This document shows positions 24,431 to 36,618 of a stretch of 64,000 nucleotides of DNA, piece by piece. The DNA comes from Pelomyxa schiedti. Lineage: Eukaryota > Protista > Evosea. A program made the position numbers and the translations under genes. The stretch is from positions 1 through 64,000 of the forward strand of contig JAHLWZ010000810.1 in assembly GCA_020536535.1 (NCBI GenBank), read 5' to 3'. Within the stretch, counting starts at the first letter, position 1. Each line of letters begins with the position of its first letter. The notes under the pieces were generated by a model, which saw only the letters and a program-made list of their open reading frames with translations, ran no database searches and was not told where the DNA came from.

Positions 24431-25201
24431 CCAGCAGCAACAACTTCCGGGTCCACACATGAAAAAGCGTCATCATCCCACTTCAGGAGAAGGTCTTTGA
24501 ATTTGGGCCACACAACACCACTTGGCAGTGGACTCTGAAAGTGCTTGACTTGCTTTTCTCGGGGGTCCCACATAAGATAATAACAACGAGAGCGAGTGCC
24601 TCTGGACACTATTAGTGTAAACATCCTTCATACCGCCAACTATAATAGTTTGTATCTGTTGTAACAAAAAGCCTTCTTTTCTTCTGACTTTGGTTTTCAC
24701 TCCCAATGGTGTTTTAGCTTACAAAAAGGAATAGCGGGTTTGTTTCTCTTTTTGGAGTGTGGTGGTGTATCTGTACCGTGTGGCTGGTTTTAACGGGTGG
24801 GGTGTTGATGTAATAATGCTAGTATGCTTTGGTTCTGCTGACTGTAAGGATGTGATGTGACTAGTGGGTGTTGCTTGCCAGAGTCAATCAATAATAACAT
24901 CGAAACCGTGGGGTCCTTTCGGGGGCTCAGCGAGAGGGAAAAAACGTCAGGAAACAAACCGCGGAGTTTCCGTACTCTTCAGAGTGCCCGGAAATCGATA
25001 AAAATGGAGTCTTCTGTAAAACCAAGAGTGCACCCAGTCCTAATATTATCTTCAGTGCTGATTCATTCTCACACTTTCTCACAACTTTCTCACCTTCCTT
25101 GATTTCATGCAATCATCATGTATAGGCACAGTGGCAATCACCATCTCACGTCATCATCCTTCCTAAGATCAAGGCTGGTTTGTTCGTTGGGGAACCCAAT
25201 G

Positions 25202-25487
25202 GCCAAGGTGTCAGGGGATCACACCTTGGCAGCCTTGGAGGAAGAAGAAAGTGATGAAGAGAGTGAAGAGAGAAGAGAGTCTTCAGTCTTTTCACAGTTC
25301 TTTCCCGCCAAGACTAGTTCCCCTCTACGGCACTAGTTTTCATTCCGCACACACACAGTCACACACTCGATTTGTAGTTGGGCGTTTGTTTGGCATTTGG
25401 CAACCACCACTCCCTCCAGCAATGTGAAGGTTAGGGAACCGCGACCAAGGCTGTGGTGAGCCTTGGAAGCCTTGGGTGAGCAAGGCT
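25202..25487. promoter_or_regulatory. Two clusters of inverted CCAAGG/CCTTGG motifs forming short perfect hairpins
   Basis: gccaaggtgt-N9-acaccttggc (25202-25230) followed by agccttgg; ccaaggct-N6-agccttgg (25445-25466); agccttg-N6-caaggct (25468-25487). Function is inferred only. Confidence 0.35.
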
Positions 25488-25590
25488 GATTCCGCTACGG
25501 GTTTTCACTTGCTTTCACTTTCATTCAGTCGGGAGGAAGAGATAATTCCCGCGTCTGCCCCAACGCACAACTACACTCTGCACTGCACTG

Positions 25591-25626
25591 CAAGCACGCA
25601 AGCACTCAAGCACGCAAGCACGCAAG
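25591..25626. repeat. Tandem 8-mer (CAAGCACG)x4.5
   Basis: caagcacg caagcact caagcacg caagcacg caag. Confidence 0.9.
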
Positions 25627-26330
25627 ATCATTTGACCACTCATTTGCCAGTAACATCTGACTGGGTGTGCTGTGATTTATAGACTTGACCAGTCCTGTAA
25701 GAACATTAATTCCATGAGAGAGAAAACACAACGTGTTTGTAAGATTTGGTGAACTTCAAAGTCTGGAACATTCAGGTTGTAGAAGCGGAGTAAGAATTGC
25801 TTTACTTTTGTTGGAAGAACGAAAGTATGTTAGAGGGAGAATACCTGTGTTTGGGAGGAGGCTAGGCGCTTAATAAACGAAACGGCACAAAAGGAAGTGG
25901 CAAGATATCGAGGCCGAGGAGGATTGATTTGTTTGTTCGTTCTTGTTGCTGTTCGTTGCTGGTGCTGGTCGGCCTTGGCTGTGTTGGGAATTATGGGGTG
26001 GCGTTGACGTCGCCAGTTGTTCGTTTCCCGCCGAACCATCGCCCCAAAACGGCCCTCCCCTTCTCAGCGACGACGATGTAAATTCGCTGCGTTGATTTTA
26101 GATTTTGTTGTCGACGAGCTTAGTGGTGTTTTGTTCCGATTTGGATCTCGAGGTAACGTTGTCGGTGTCGTTGGTGAGAGTGCAATAGATGAAGATCCGC
26201 ATTTTCGTGTTGTAGTGGGGGCTCTACCGCGTCTGTGAACAAGGGAGACCCTGTGAAAATCAAAGTCAGGAAAAAACCAAGGTGCGGGTTGTGTACCTGG
26301 AACCATGAACGTCAAGGAGCGACGTTGTAT

Positions 26331-26351
26331 TCGCGTGTCGCGTGTCGCGTG
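26331..26351. repeat. (TCGCGTG)x3 upstream of a T-rich tract and an ATG at 26431; possible promoter element
   Basis: tcgcgtg tcgcgtg tcgcgtg is seen directly; the promoter role is inference. Confidence 0.5.
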
Positions 26352-27214
26352 CCGGCGATGTCGCCTTGCGTGTCACTTTGGTTGTTTCGGTTTTGGTTTT
26401 TTTATTGTTTTGTTTGGTTTTTTAGTTTAAATGGACCAAGAGGAAAAGAACGTAACGAGTTTCGGCAGCAATTGCTCTGTGCAGATGTGAGTACAATTGA
26501 GTAGACTCGGAGACTGACACTCCCACACACCGTACAGTGATGGGGCACCTCAATTTCTGTCGGAGTCAGAGTCCCAGAGGTCCAGTCTCCAGTACAGATG
26601 CGGAAGATAAGATTAACTCTGAAATCCACAAGAAAGTGATGGGCCGGCGCGTCCTTTGAATTACAGGCGGACCTGTCGGCAGTGAAGGTGCGTTCATTGG
26701 TGGTCCCCGGTGTACTTGCCACGGGCACGCACCGCTCCCGACTCAATTGTGGGAATTGGCATACGTATGGACCCTATGTCCGTGCTGTCACTGCACCGCG
26801 CTCGCGCACCACGATCATAGACGCCTCTGGGGGCTCCCTCCTCCGCATTGTGGGACACCCACACACCGTGTGGGCCATTCCCCACTTCTTCGGTTTGTTG
26901 ATGACGAGACTCGCCTTTGTGTTTGTTGGGCTCACACCCGTGTGCACCAACGACACGATTTCCTTCGTTCACGTTTTCAGAATACTCGGAAACTGTTGTT
27001 GTTTTCCCATCAACAAAAGGACTATCAGGCGGACCTCTGCGATGCCTGATTGCACCTGCATAATACTGCTGCTTGTTCATATAGGTTCACTCTTTTAGTG
27101 CTGCCTTATTCTTCCCCATGGACTCTGTTTTTCCAATGAATCTCATCAACCACATCTCAGTTTCGTTCCGCTAATCGAAGCGTTGCGGGAAACACAGCGA
27201 TAGCGGTCCCGGAA

Positions 27215-28760
27215 ATGCCCGCAAAAGCGAACACCGAAAGCAACAGCACCAGGCCACTACCGCCACTTGGGCGCCTCGTCTCAAACAGCCGCGCTCAAAA
27301 AGCAAACAAACGTGACGTGGGGTTGCAACTGCGGCGGAACCGCGCAGAACAGGTTTCGACCTACGATGTGAGGCCACAAAACGTGGGACAGTTTGGGAAG
27401 AGTGGAAGAGGGACAAGAAAATGTCCAAGTCGAAGGGAGGAGGAAAATTCGGGTGCAGGAGTGTCTGAGGAGCAGGAGCAAGAAGAGGTAGAAGAGTAAG
27501 TGGGAAGAAAGTTATGAACAAGAGAGTCGGTATCAGAAGAATCCGATGCTAATTCTGAGGCTGAATCGGAGAGTGAAGATTCCGAACCAGAGGATCGCCG
27601 TTGGCACGAGGATGTGTCAAGCATGTCCTGCGGAGATTGTTCAACAACACAGTCAAAAAGGATAGGCTCCGAATCTCCCCGCGTCTTGAGACCTGATCAA
27701 GGGGGTTCAACCTTTCGTGATGGACTTTGAGGCTACGTGCGATTCTGACACTGGGATTCCCTTGTACGAATTTATACAATTGTCCAGTTCGGTTGTACTC
27801 TTGAATACCTTCACGTATGTAGATAAAGCAAAAAACGGCACTAGGTAACCTTTTTTTTGAAGGTTTTTGCACATGCAGGAAAAAGTTTGTCATGCCCCTT
27901 TTCACTGTTGCAACAGTAAAATTTTCAATCAGCAACAATCCTCTGCAGCCCAGATTTGCATGTTGTACCTATGCACCTTGGGATCTTAACTTCCTCAATG
28001 CAGAGTGCAAAAGAAAGGTATAGAGCCCTGGTTTAAGTGATCTCAACTGAGGTTTATCGTGCAATGTTCTTACTCTGTGCAGAGTTACCGAATATAGAAA
28101 TGATGTTGGCAACACTGTAGGGAAAAATCTGTTGGGCATCAGAAGCACAGTGGGTAATGAATATTTGCTTCTATTTTTCCAATAAAAAAACAATGAAAAT
28201 AATGACGCCTTTTTTAGGCTCCGTGATTCCCGTAACATCAAAATGGCTAATCATCCTTTGAAGCCACCTTCATTTATTAGACACCTACCCAGGTGGCTGA
28301 ACTTGCAACATTTCTGATAGCAGAAAAAAACCTGTTCTCTAAGGCAAAGCAAGAACTGGAAACATTCAATATGGACATTTTGGGCTCACAGTATCTACCT
28401 TTTTTCCCCTGTGACTGTTACTGACACTAGTTTAGTTACTTTTGTGCAGGCTTTCAAAAAAGGTTTGTTTTTGGTGCTTATGCTTACCGCTGATGCCACA
28501 TAAGAAACCCACCACAGTTTGGTTTACTCTCTTCTAAAGAAGAGAGTGCTGATATATCATAAAGGAAATGATGCTGAAGAGATTCCACTTCGTATCGACG
28601 ATGACAATCACTTTGTGAAGTTGACTTCAATTGGCTGCCCAAGTTCTGCAGGAGGGTGTTAGTGTCCGTCCCTTCGGACACATCAGTACTTGTTCAAACA
28701 GGTGCCGACAATATACTCCTATCTCAACACACTCTTTTCACAAATGTGGCGGCCAGGGGG
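27215..28760 (+). CDS. Copy C of the triplicated unknown gene (acidic N-terminal region); most intact-looking copy
   Basis: MPAKANTES...EEQEQEEVEE|ESVSEESDANSEAESESEDSEPE; later exons VAELATFLIAEKNLFSKAKQELETFNMDILG and LVYSLLKKRVLIYHKGNDAEEIPLRIDDDNH. 28412-28758 is homologous to 23308-23487 plus 24192-24385. Confidence 0.3.
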
Positions 28761-28974
28761 TATGACTGTCTTCTCGCCATTTGGATGAGCTAATAACCTT
28801 CAGAACCGTGTCGAATTATCAAAATGTGAAGAATACCAAAATCCCACCTTTCATCCACCTCAGAATCCTTCCTTTTGCACTGAATACAATGCACACAGCT
28901 ACAACAAGCAAAAACCAGAAAAAAAAAAGGGAAAGCAAGTGTTGGCTTCTATTTGTTTATGAAAAAAAAAGTCT

Positions 28975-31900
28975 TCACCTGGAGTGTTGGGGAAGTAGTA
29001 TCTGCCACCTCATGGAGCCTGCCCATTTATCAATGATCTTGTGATGTTTGTGGTGTGGCTTGGGGTCCCTGTCTTGGGAATAGTGTGGCAGGTGTCGGTC
29101 CTTGTTGTTGGAAACGTACTGAATGTTTGGCTCGAGTCCCTCTGGCATTGACGTGATGACAGTGCTGTAGTGCCTGCGGTGCTCGCGCTTGCGCCCGTGC
29201 TCGCCCTTGGAATCGTTCTTGTGGGAGTGGTGGTGGTGATGGAGGAGGGCTGTTGACGGTGGTGGTGGCGGGAGCTGTGGCTGCTGTGCCTGTGCCGGTT
29301 CCTGCGCCGGTGTGTGCAGCTGCAAATTCTCGGGTTCGCGATTCAGTTCCTGTTGGGTTTCGACCGTCGATGCGGCAGATTTGGAAGTGGTGACATCAGG
29401 TTGATTAAGACAAAGAGGAGCAGTTGGTTCAGCGACAGTCTCACGGGCGATGTGCTGTACAACAGCCTGATGTGGATCACGGCGAGACTCAGTATCGGTA
29501 TCGGAATCGGGTGGATTACGATCAAGGTGATGTGCAAGGGGCACCTGTGTGTTCCCGAGCGTCCATGGAGCCGTAAGTTGTGGTTGTGATTGCGGCGGCG
29601 GCAAAAGAACGGGTGCTGCAACATCATTTTGAAAGATCGTGGTAACTTCTTGTGTGCAGTTGGAGATAATGCCTTCGGAGGCTGCTTTCATTCCTGCTGC
29701 GTAGCTGTATGGACGCTTCCAGCAGTCCAGAAACCATTCATCCCGCAGGACAGTGGCAGAGGAGGGTCTTCCTTTCGGATCACGTGACAGAAGTCTTGTG
29801 ATGAGCTGTTTCGCTGGAACAGGTACCGTTAGCACTTCTTCTTCCAGGGAAAGGAACTGGGTTTTACCCTGGTATGACACATAAGTCCATTCTGTTGACG
29901 AAAAGTCTGGTTGTGAGTGCTTGGCTTCGTCGTCGTTGTTGAAGGGCGGACGGGCACAGAAGCTTTGTTTTTGTTTGGTTTTGTTTTCAGCCAATGACAA
30001 GACAATTGGGGGAAGGGAAGAAAGGAAGGGATTGGAAAAGAAAAACTTACCAGTAATGCAGCACTGCACCCATAGCCCACATATCAACAGCCTCGGTGTA
30101 AGGTTCTCCTTTCAAAATCTCCGGGGCTGAAAAAAGTGGTGCTTAAGTTGCCGGATTTGAATTAATTGAGCAAGTAAGAGTATACCTTGATAACGTGCCG
30201 TCCCGCACATCGTTGTGGCAGATGTGATGTAATCCGCTAAGCCGAAATCAATGATGTAGGGCTTGTGCCACGCAGTGCGTGTGGAAGGGATGGACATGGG
30301 ATCATCTTCCCAAAGCATGATATTAGACGGCTTGATTGGCACAATCAATCAATTTTGGCAGGGAAAAAGAACGTGTCAGACCTTCAAGTCTCGGTGACAG
30401 TATCCTGAGGAATGAATGTACTTGAGTGCTGAAAATAGTTGCACGAAGATGGTTTTCATCATGGCCTCTCCTCCCAGTCCTGGTTCGCCCATCTCTTGCC
30501 CTTCTATAACTTGTTCCAGTGTGCGCCCAACAATGCTTTGGATGTTTAGCCATGTTATTGTGGTACAATTGTTTCTCATACAAATCCATTCCCAGGAACA
30601 TGATCCTCTTTCTCGACAGGTAAGACAATAGAAGCCTCGGGATATTCGGATGTTCCAGCCTAAGGATCGTAATCATTCAGGGATTCAGGGCATTAGAACC
30701 CCCACTGCATTACCTTTTGTGAATGAGGTACTCCCTCCTGGTCATGTCTACAAAATGTGGGTCATCAAGGTTCTTTCCTAAGCGGTTCGCTATATTTGGA
30801 ATGTCTAGCACCTGGAGGGTACCCAAGTCAGGATCACGAATTGTCAAACTCTGGGTTTGAGAGTTAGTTAATTAACCTTTACAGCTGCGATTCTGGTTTC
30901 TCCATTGCGAATGTATTCAGCCGACCAAACGGTTCCAAAATTCCCAGAGGTACTAGCAGTAGTGTGAAGAAAGGCTAAAAAGAGAAGGGAATATACCCCT
31001 CAACTTGCTTGCAGAGGGTCATTTCGATCCCGTCCCCTCTCAATACTCGCCCCCAATTGGTTTTGAGATTTCGAAAAATCAAATCTGCAGAAAAGAAAAC
31101 AAAATCCTCTGAGAAATATTGTGGAGAAGTTTGAAGCATGGTGGTTATTGTTACCGTTGGCACCAATTTTGATTGTCGCCGACTCGCCCAGAGGTCGCAT
31201 TGCCCCTGCAGGAAGGAACACATTTCCCAAATACAGCGAGGATTTACATCTGAAGGAAGATTGATTGTTAGCAATGAAGAACCAACTAGAGTGTTGGAGT
31301 AAGAGCCACTCACATTATCATTCCTTGGCATCCCCTCCTTGAGTTGCTCTCATTCCAGGGCCTTGAGTCCGTACCATACCGAACGAGAGTGAAATGGTGT
31401 GGCTCCACACCAGGGGCTGTCCATCGAATTTGACAAGTAGGTGACGATCCAACTTTGGTTGTTACTTCTGAGAGTTGTGTTGAGCGAGGGTTAGTTAGGC
31501 CTCCCCATTCTGGCGTGGGTTACCTGTGACGTGACCAAGACGAGCCATGGTGAAGTCCTCGCGAAACACATTGAGCACTGCCCACACACATGGGTCCTTT
31601 GGCAGCTTTTCGGTCACGGTCTCTATCCCTGGCAGTGCGAACAAGCCTGGGAAAGGGGTGGAAGCGATCGGTCCAGGGGTGCCTCCAAATTGTGGGAAGT
31701 TCGTGGGTAACTAAACAAAGTGAGATCACGTAACAATATCACGTGCAGCAGTTGCTAGTAGTGTTTGGCTATTGCTGTTGCTATTACTGTTACTGTAGCT
31801 ATTGCTATTGCTATTGCTGGTGGGCGGAGGGGGGGTGGGCGGGAATGTACGTACAACACAAGGGTTCGTCGCGGGGTCCTCAGCATCCAAGTGGCCATTG

Positions 31901-32094
31901 CCGCCACGGAACGTGATGAGGTTGGGCGCCGTTGTAGCCAGCAGCGGGTTGATGCGAAGTCTCTTGGTTATGGGTGCCGTTGCTTCGTCATTCTCACTGT
32001 CCCCTCTCGATGGCAGGTGAGAGACGCACTCCTCGTCGCCCCTGCCCGTGCTCGTGCTCCACGCAGCCCACCAGTCCGTGTTCGGCGGTTGCAT
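28975..32094 (-). CDS. FHA-domain Ser/Thr kinase (Chk2/Dun1/Mek1-like architecture) with long low-complexity C-tail
   Basis: FHA: KVGSSPTCQIRWTAPGVEPHHFTLVR...LYLGNVFLPAGAMRPLGESATIKIG. Kinase: TSGNFGTVW, AAVK, RREYLIHKR|LEHPNI, CHRDLK|PSNIML, IIDFGLA, MCGTARYQ|APEILKG, VDMWAMG, LITRLLSRDPKGRPSSATVLRDEWF. Confidence 0.85.
31765..31820 (-). repeat. Imperfect hexanucleotide repeat encoding SNSNSNSYSNSNSNSNS in the kinase N-terminus
   Basis: (ctattg/ctgttg/ctatta)n seen directly. Confidence 0.85.
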
Positions 32095-33438
32095 CACAAT
32101 CTGTTGGCCTGGAAAGCTACCACCCGCCCTGCCGTCCACGAAATAATAAAAAAAAACCGGCTGAGAAAGTTCCACAAGTTCTATCTGAATCAATCAACGC
32201 TCCTCCAGCGGCACTCCCCCATGCGAGACGTGCGCACACAACTCACTTGTGGGATTGGCGGTGTCGGGTTCAGCACCACGGCGTCACGCAGTACCATCGG
32301 TGCAATTTCCCAAACTTGGGGAATGAGTGGGGTCGCGGACATAGTATAAGAAAGAAAAAAACTATGGGACGAGGAATGGGATTGGGTGGTTGAGAAATCC
32401 CCGTCACTCCCCGCACGAGGGAACTCACAACGCTCAGAGACAAAAAAAAATTATCAACCTTGCTTGCAAGATATACGGAACCCTCTTATCTTATGCCCTG
32501 CTGTGGCTGTCGGTGTCAAAGCACCAATGCCTGCGTGCAATTACCGCCTTGGGCTACTGATGCCTGACATGTGGTCTCTGCCTATGACATATTTCCCCTA
32601 TCTTCTAATCCGCCACATATATTTCGACACTGGACAGCTGTGTAACGATGAAAAAACAAAGAACAAAGGCAGATTCAGTGATGATTATCACCCCAAGCTT
32701 CCGGTAACGGAGAAAAGGGCGTTGGAACGCACAGGATCCTAAAACCGCACTGCCAATCCCGGAGGTGTTTGAGCTCCCAGAACGGCAGCGACTTTGTCAA
32801 CACAACTACACCAGACAAACGCCTGCTATTGCTCTTCTTACACCACGAACCGGTCAACTTGCCATGAAGCGCCCATCATCATCCATCAGCATCAATTATG
32901 CCACACGCAGGTTCAAATGGGCTGTGACCCACTGCTTAGTCGCCAAGTTACGCGCGACCTGACTACGATCAGCAAACGGCAAGTTGAACGACCGTGAAGG
33001 TAAGCAACACTTCACCGTTCCGTTCCGCTAACGCACCGTGAATAGAGATGAGTCCCCATCGGAATTTCCCTCCTCAGTGGCATAGCACCGCACTTTCATT
33101 CCTATGGCTTTTCCATATGCATGTTCGAATTCCCAATGACATATCATCAGCTCAGCAACAAACACCCAACCCACCCCCAAGTTTAACACAGCAAGCATCG
33201 CCAACATGCCCATGGCCTCCAACAATGTAAGTGGAGTACCGTGCGCCACCAAACACTCCAACAACTACTTCCTGCGTAAGGGTCCATCCAACAAATGACC
33301 AACAAAAGAAAAAAAACAAAAAAAAATCTTTTGCTGTGTTTTATTTACATTGTCCAAAATAGGAATACGGAACAACACTCAATTCCATTGTGTGTTTTCA
33401 GTGGGTGGGGAAGAGGATTTTGTCCCTGGTAATTTCTT

Positions 33439-35844
33439 TCACTCCCTGCGACCTGGGCTTTGCGTCTTATGATGATAAGACTTGTTGTGCCTGTGCTCGT
33501 GCTTGCCCCTGTGGTGCTCGTGTTTCTTCTCACTGGTCTTCTGGTTGGAACACATCAATTTATTAATCCAGGTTAGTTAGGAGTTCGGAACAAAGTACCG
33601 CGGTTGTAGCAGCAGGTGGCGGGGTGGAGAGCCTCGGCTTCTTTGGGTTGCTTGGCTGAAGTACTTCCTTGGTTGGATAACAGTGTGAGCGGTGAGGAAG
33701 AAAACCAGGGGGGAAAAAAGGAGGAGAACAGCAAACACACGTGGGAGGAAGGCTCCAGAGTCCAGGGCCGCTCTCGGCTGCTGCCAAGAAGGAAGTTGCT
33801 ATTATTAGTACTACTCCGGGAGCGGGTGTGGAAGTACAAACCGTATCCTGTCTGGTGATGGCGCTTCGGTTTGTTCCTGGGATTTTTCTGGCCCCTGCTG
33901 CTGTTGTTCTATGACTGCGATGTTCTTGGGTGCATCATTCTCCGTTGTAATGCTAGTTGTGTTGCTTGTGGTCGCGGATTCCGGTTCTAAATGCACTTCC
34001 TTGAACCCCATGAAGTGTTATTTTGGGAAATAGTGGCAGTACCGCTTCCTCCACCGATCTCTTGTCAGCTCCTTTATGATCAGATGTGCTCTCAGAAACG
34101 AATTGCGACTGCTGGGTCCCGGTGTTGGCTGCGGCTGCGTTGTTATCACATGGAACTGCATGCAGTTGTTTTTCGAATTCGGCACACATCTCCCGAAGTT
34201 TCTGGCATTCCCTTTCATTCTCCCTCATCTTTAGTTGCATGGAAGACTTCTCTTTCTCAGAACTCTCTAATGATTCTAGCAGTTGAGCTTTTCCAGATCG
34301 CAATTCCTTTAGTTCTCTTTCATGCTCCAAGTTGACTGCATTGGCACTTGTCAAGGAGGTCTCCAGCGAGGAAGATTCTCGCTTGGCCGCTTCCAGTTCC
34401 CGCGCTGCCTTGTCCAATTTACTCTCGGACGCGGTGAGTTTCTCGATAAGGGTGTCTCGTTCAGAGCCAATAGATGCTACTTTGTTCTGCAATTCCGCGC
34501 ACTGACACCTCAAAGAGGAAGTTTCCTCTTTGGCTTCCTTGAGTTGTGCCTGCGCCTGACGAAGGTCTTCGGCGGCCAGCGACAAGTCGGCCGCCACTAG
34601 TGCATTATGGGCCCCACGCTCAAGTCTTTCCCACACATCGTCGGATATGCAGATCTCGGAAGATACAACATGCTCTTCACCACTGCGTGTGCGGAAACGT
34701 GGAGGTACAATCAGTACAAGTGGTTGGTTTGACTCACTCAATCGCAAGCAAGTTATGGGATGCGGGTTGGGTGTCGACCCACCACCAAGTGGGAGGAGTG
34801 GCGAACAGTAACAGTTAATTAAATTACGGCGCGGTTACGTACATTATCTGACTGGTAGCATCCGAAGAGCTGGGGAGCGGGGGGCGCAGCCCCGCAGGGT
34901 GACCGGCCCGCCCTCTCCCGCCCCCTTGGCACGGCCCTGGTCCCCTACCCATACCCCTCCCCATCCCCATCGCTCTCCCCCTGCCCATTCCCATTCCTGT
35001 GCCCATGCCCAGGCCCCGGCCCCTTCCCCCTGCGTCGTGTGCCTGTTCCGGCCCGCCTCGCCCGCGCAGCGGGGCGCCAGGCGGCCCCGCGTCGCCGCGC
35101 CTCCCGCTCCTCTGTCCCCTGCCTCTCCCTTGTCCCCCGCGCTCCCCGCGGCAGCCGCCGGGCCCACCACCGCCGGCTTGGTCCTGCTGCTGCGGGGCTG
35201 CTTCGCTGCCCTCCCCGTCCTTTTGTTGCTGTATCCCCGACATTGGGCCGGTAGTCGCGCTGAGGCACAACGGGTTTATTTGGTGCCACAGACCTCAGAT
35301 TCCACCAAAACCACAACACTGAGGAGGAAATCCAACCGCCTTGCTGTATGGGACCACGCCCACCGACACGTACGTGTGGGGCGCAATTCGACGCCACTCA
35401 AGTTGTTTGAGGTCCTGTTCCCCTAATTGATCATCCAGCCAAACGAGAAAAATCGCGATGGCGACGGTTAAGCGGACTCGGCGTCGGCGTAGTGAGGGAA
35501 GAGGGCGGGGAGGAGAGGGAGTGGTGGGGGCGACACACGGGCCCGACCAGGCGCTGATCCAACCCGCTGTGTTCTACGCGCTGCGCGGCGCGGTCCCGCC
35601 CCAGCGGGACTGACCGATGGCGGCAACCCCCTTACGCTCGCAGGCGCGTTTCTCGCCGTACCTCGTCGCTCTCTCTTCGCCCTCGTCGCCAGCTGCGGCG
35701 GCCGCCTCGCCTCGTACGCGTCCCGCAGCTCCAATTGACGCACACGCAGGGCATCGAAAAAGCCTACACTTGTCGTAACACAATGGGAGTTGCCGACTAT
35801 CGATCCGAACCTTGTTCTTGATAACGAGAGACGTATCCGCCCAT
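33439..35844 (-). CDS. Hypothetical protein: MGxxxS N-terminus, RGG/GM-rich segment, ~150-aa coiled coil, His-rich tail
   Basis: Phase-consistent hand splicing: MGGYVSRYQEQ|GFFDALRVRQLELRDAYEARR..|GEQDLKQLEWRRIAPHT|ATTGPMSG...GRGRG...MGMGRGMGRG...|GEEHVV...heptad-rich ORF 33953-34747...|KTSEKKHEHHRGKHEHRH..*. The coiled-coil ORF is solid; the joins are inferred. Confidence 0.45.
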
Positions 35845-36322
35845 AAGCCCGGCGACCGAGTCGGTGAGGCGGCCCATTCCCTCCTCTTGTTCTACTACTC
35901 TTTTTTGTTGTTATTGTTATTATTCTGATTATTATCATTACTTCCCTCTAATTCCTTCCATGAATCCACACACATCCAGTTCTCTACGGCCAGGTGACCC
36001 AGTACACTCGCGGCAGTGTGACTCTTCAATTGATTTACGAGAAGGATTGCTCAGTTCTTGTTTCCACACCGGAGGAACTCAAGGGATCCATGAAGAAAGG
36101 GGAGCTGGTGACCATCACAGAAGTGCTCATTCATAATGCAGGTTCGTTCAAAGATTCCAAGTGAAGAAGTACTGATTGCCCATGCACACGCACATGTACA
36201 TGCACAGCACCAAAGTGTTTAAGCGGCAGCTTGGACTCAAAGTTGTCCTGCGTTATTCAGATAAGATTTTCTTTTTCCCCAATTGGCAGGTTGAAAACGA
36301 CTCAAAAAAGAGGCGCACTTAG
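35800..36322 (+). CDS. Possible small OB-fold protein (TEN1/SSB-like pattern); start codon unresolved
   Basis: Phase-consistent exons LFLITRDVSAHKPGDRV|VLYGQVTQYTRGSVTLQLIYEKDCSVLVSTPEELKGSMKKGELVTITEVLIHNAGSFKDSN|TKVFKRQLGLK|VENDSKKRRT*. The beta-strand pattern resembles TEN1-type OB folds. No clean in-frame ATG. Confidence 0.3.
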
Positions 36323-36618
36323 AACTGCCAAAGCAAAGCCACACAAACACTACAAAGTTAACAATGAGAACGAGCCAGAGAGTGCGTGAGCCACTCAATT
36401 ACCCCTAATAACAGTGTGTTGTTTCCGTAATAGAAAACATTTCACAAGGAAAATTAAATCCGAAAACCAAAACAAGGGATACGTATCAGTCAAAATTTTG
36501 TTTTTTTCTGAACTTGGTGGATGGTACGGTAAACAACAACTTTGTGGTGGGGTTGGATTGGTGGGTGGGTGGGTGCGAAGGGGGTTGGTTGCATGGCTTG
36601 GTTGGGGGGCAACTTATA

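Noticed and set aside
23896-24706. Minus-strand ORFs (92-103 aa) that look like a separate gene
   Set aside because: Canonical donors and ctaac branch sites are on the plus strand, and the minus frame has several stops. Treated as antisense shadows, though this is not excluded.
25830-27120. Several overlapping ORFs on both strands; a fleeting resemblance to CudA/STAT-like domains; a good intron at ~26487-26537 after ATG 26431
   Set aside because: I could not build a stop-free spliced model on either strand, and there was no motif I could name with confidence.
32700-33300. Well-formed plus-strand intron (gtaagc...gctaac...aatag, ~33000-33045)
   Set aside because: The flanking frames give no convincing protein; it could be a UTR or ncRNA intron, but that is unsupported.
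34824-35426. Six overlapping long ORFs
   Set aside because: Expected from very high GC content (few stops); only one frame was used in the gene model.
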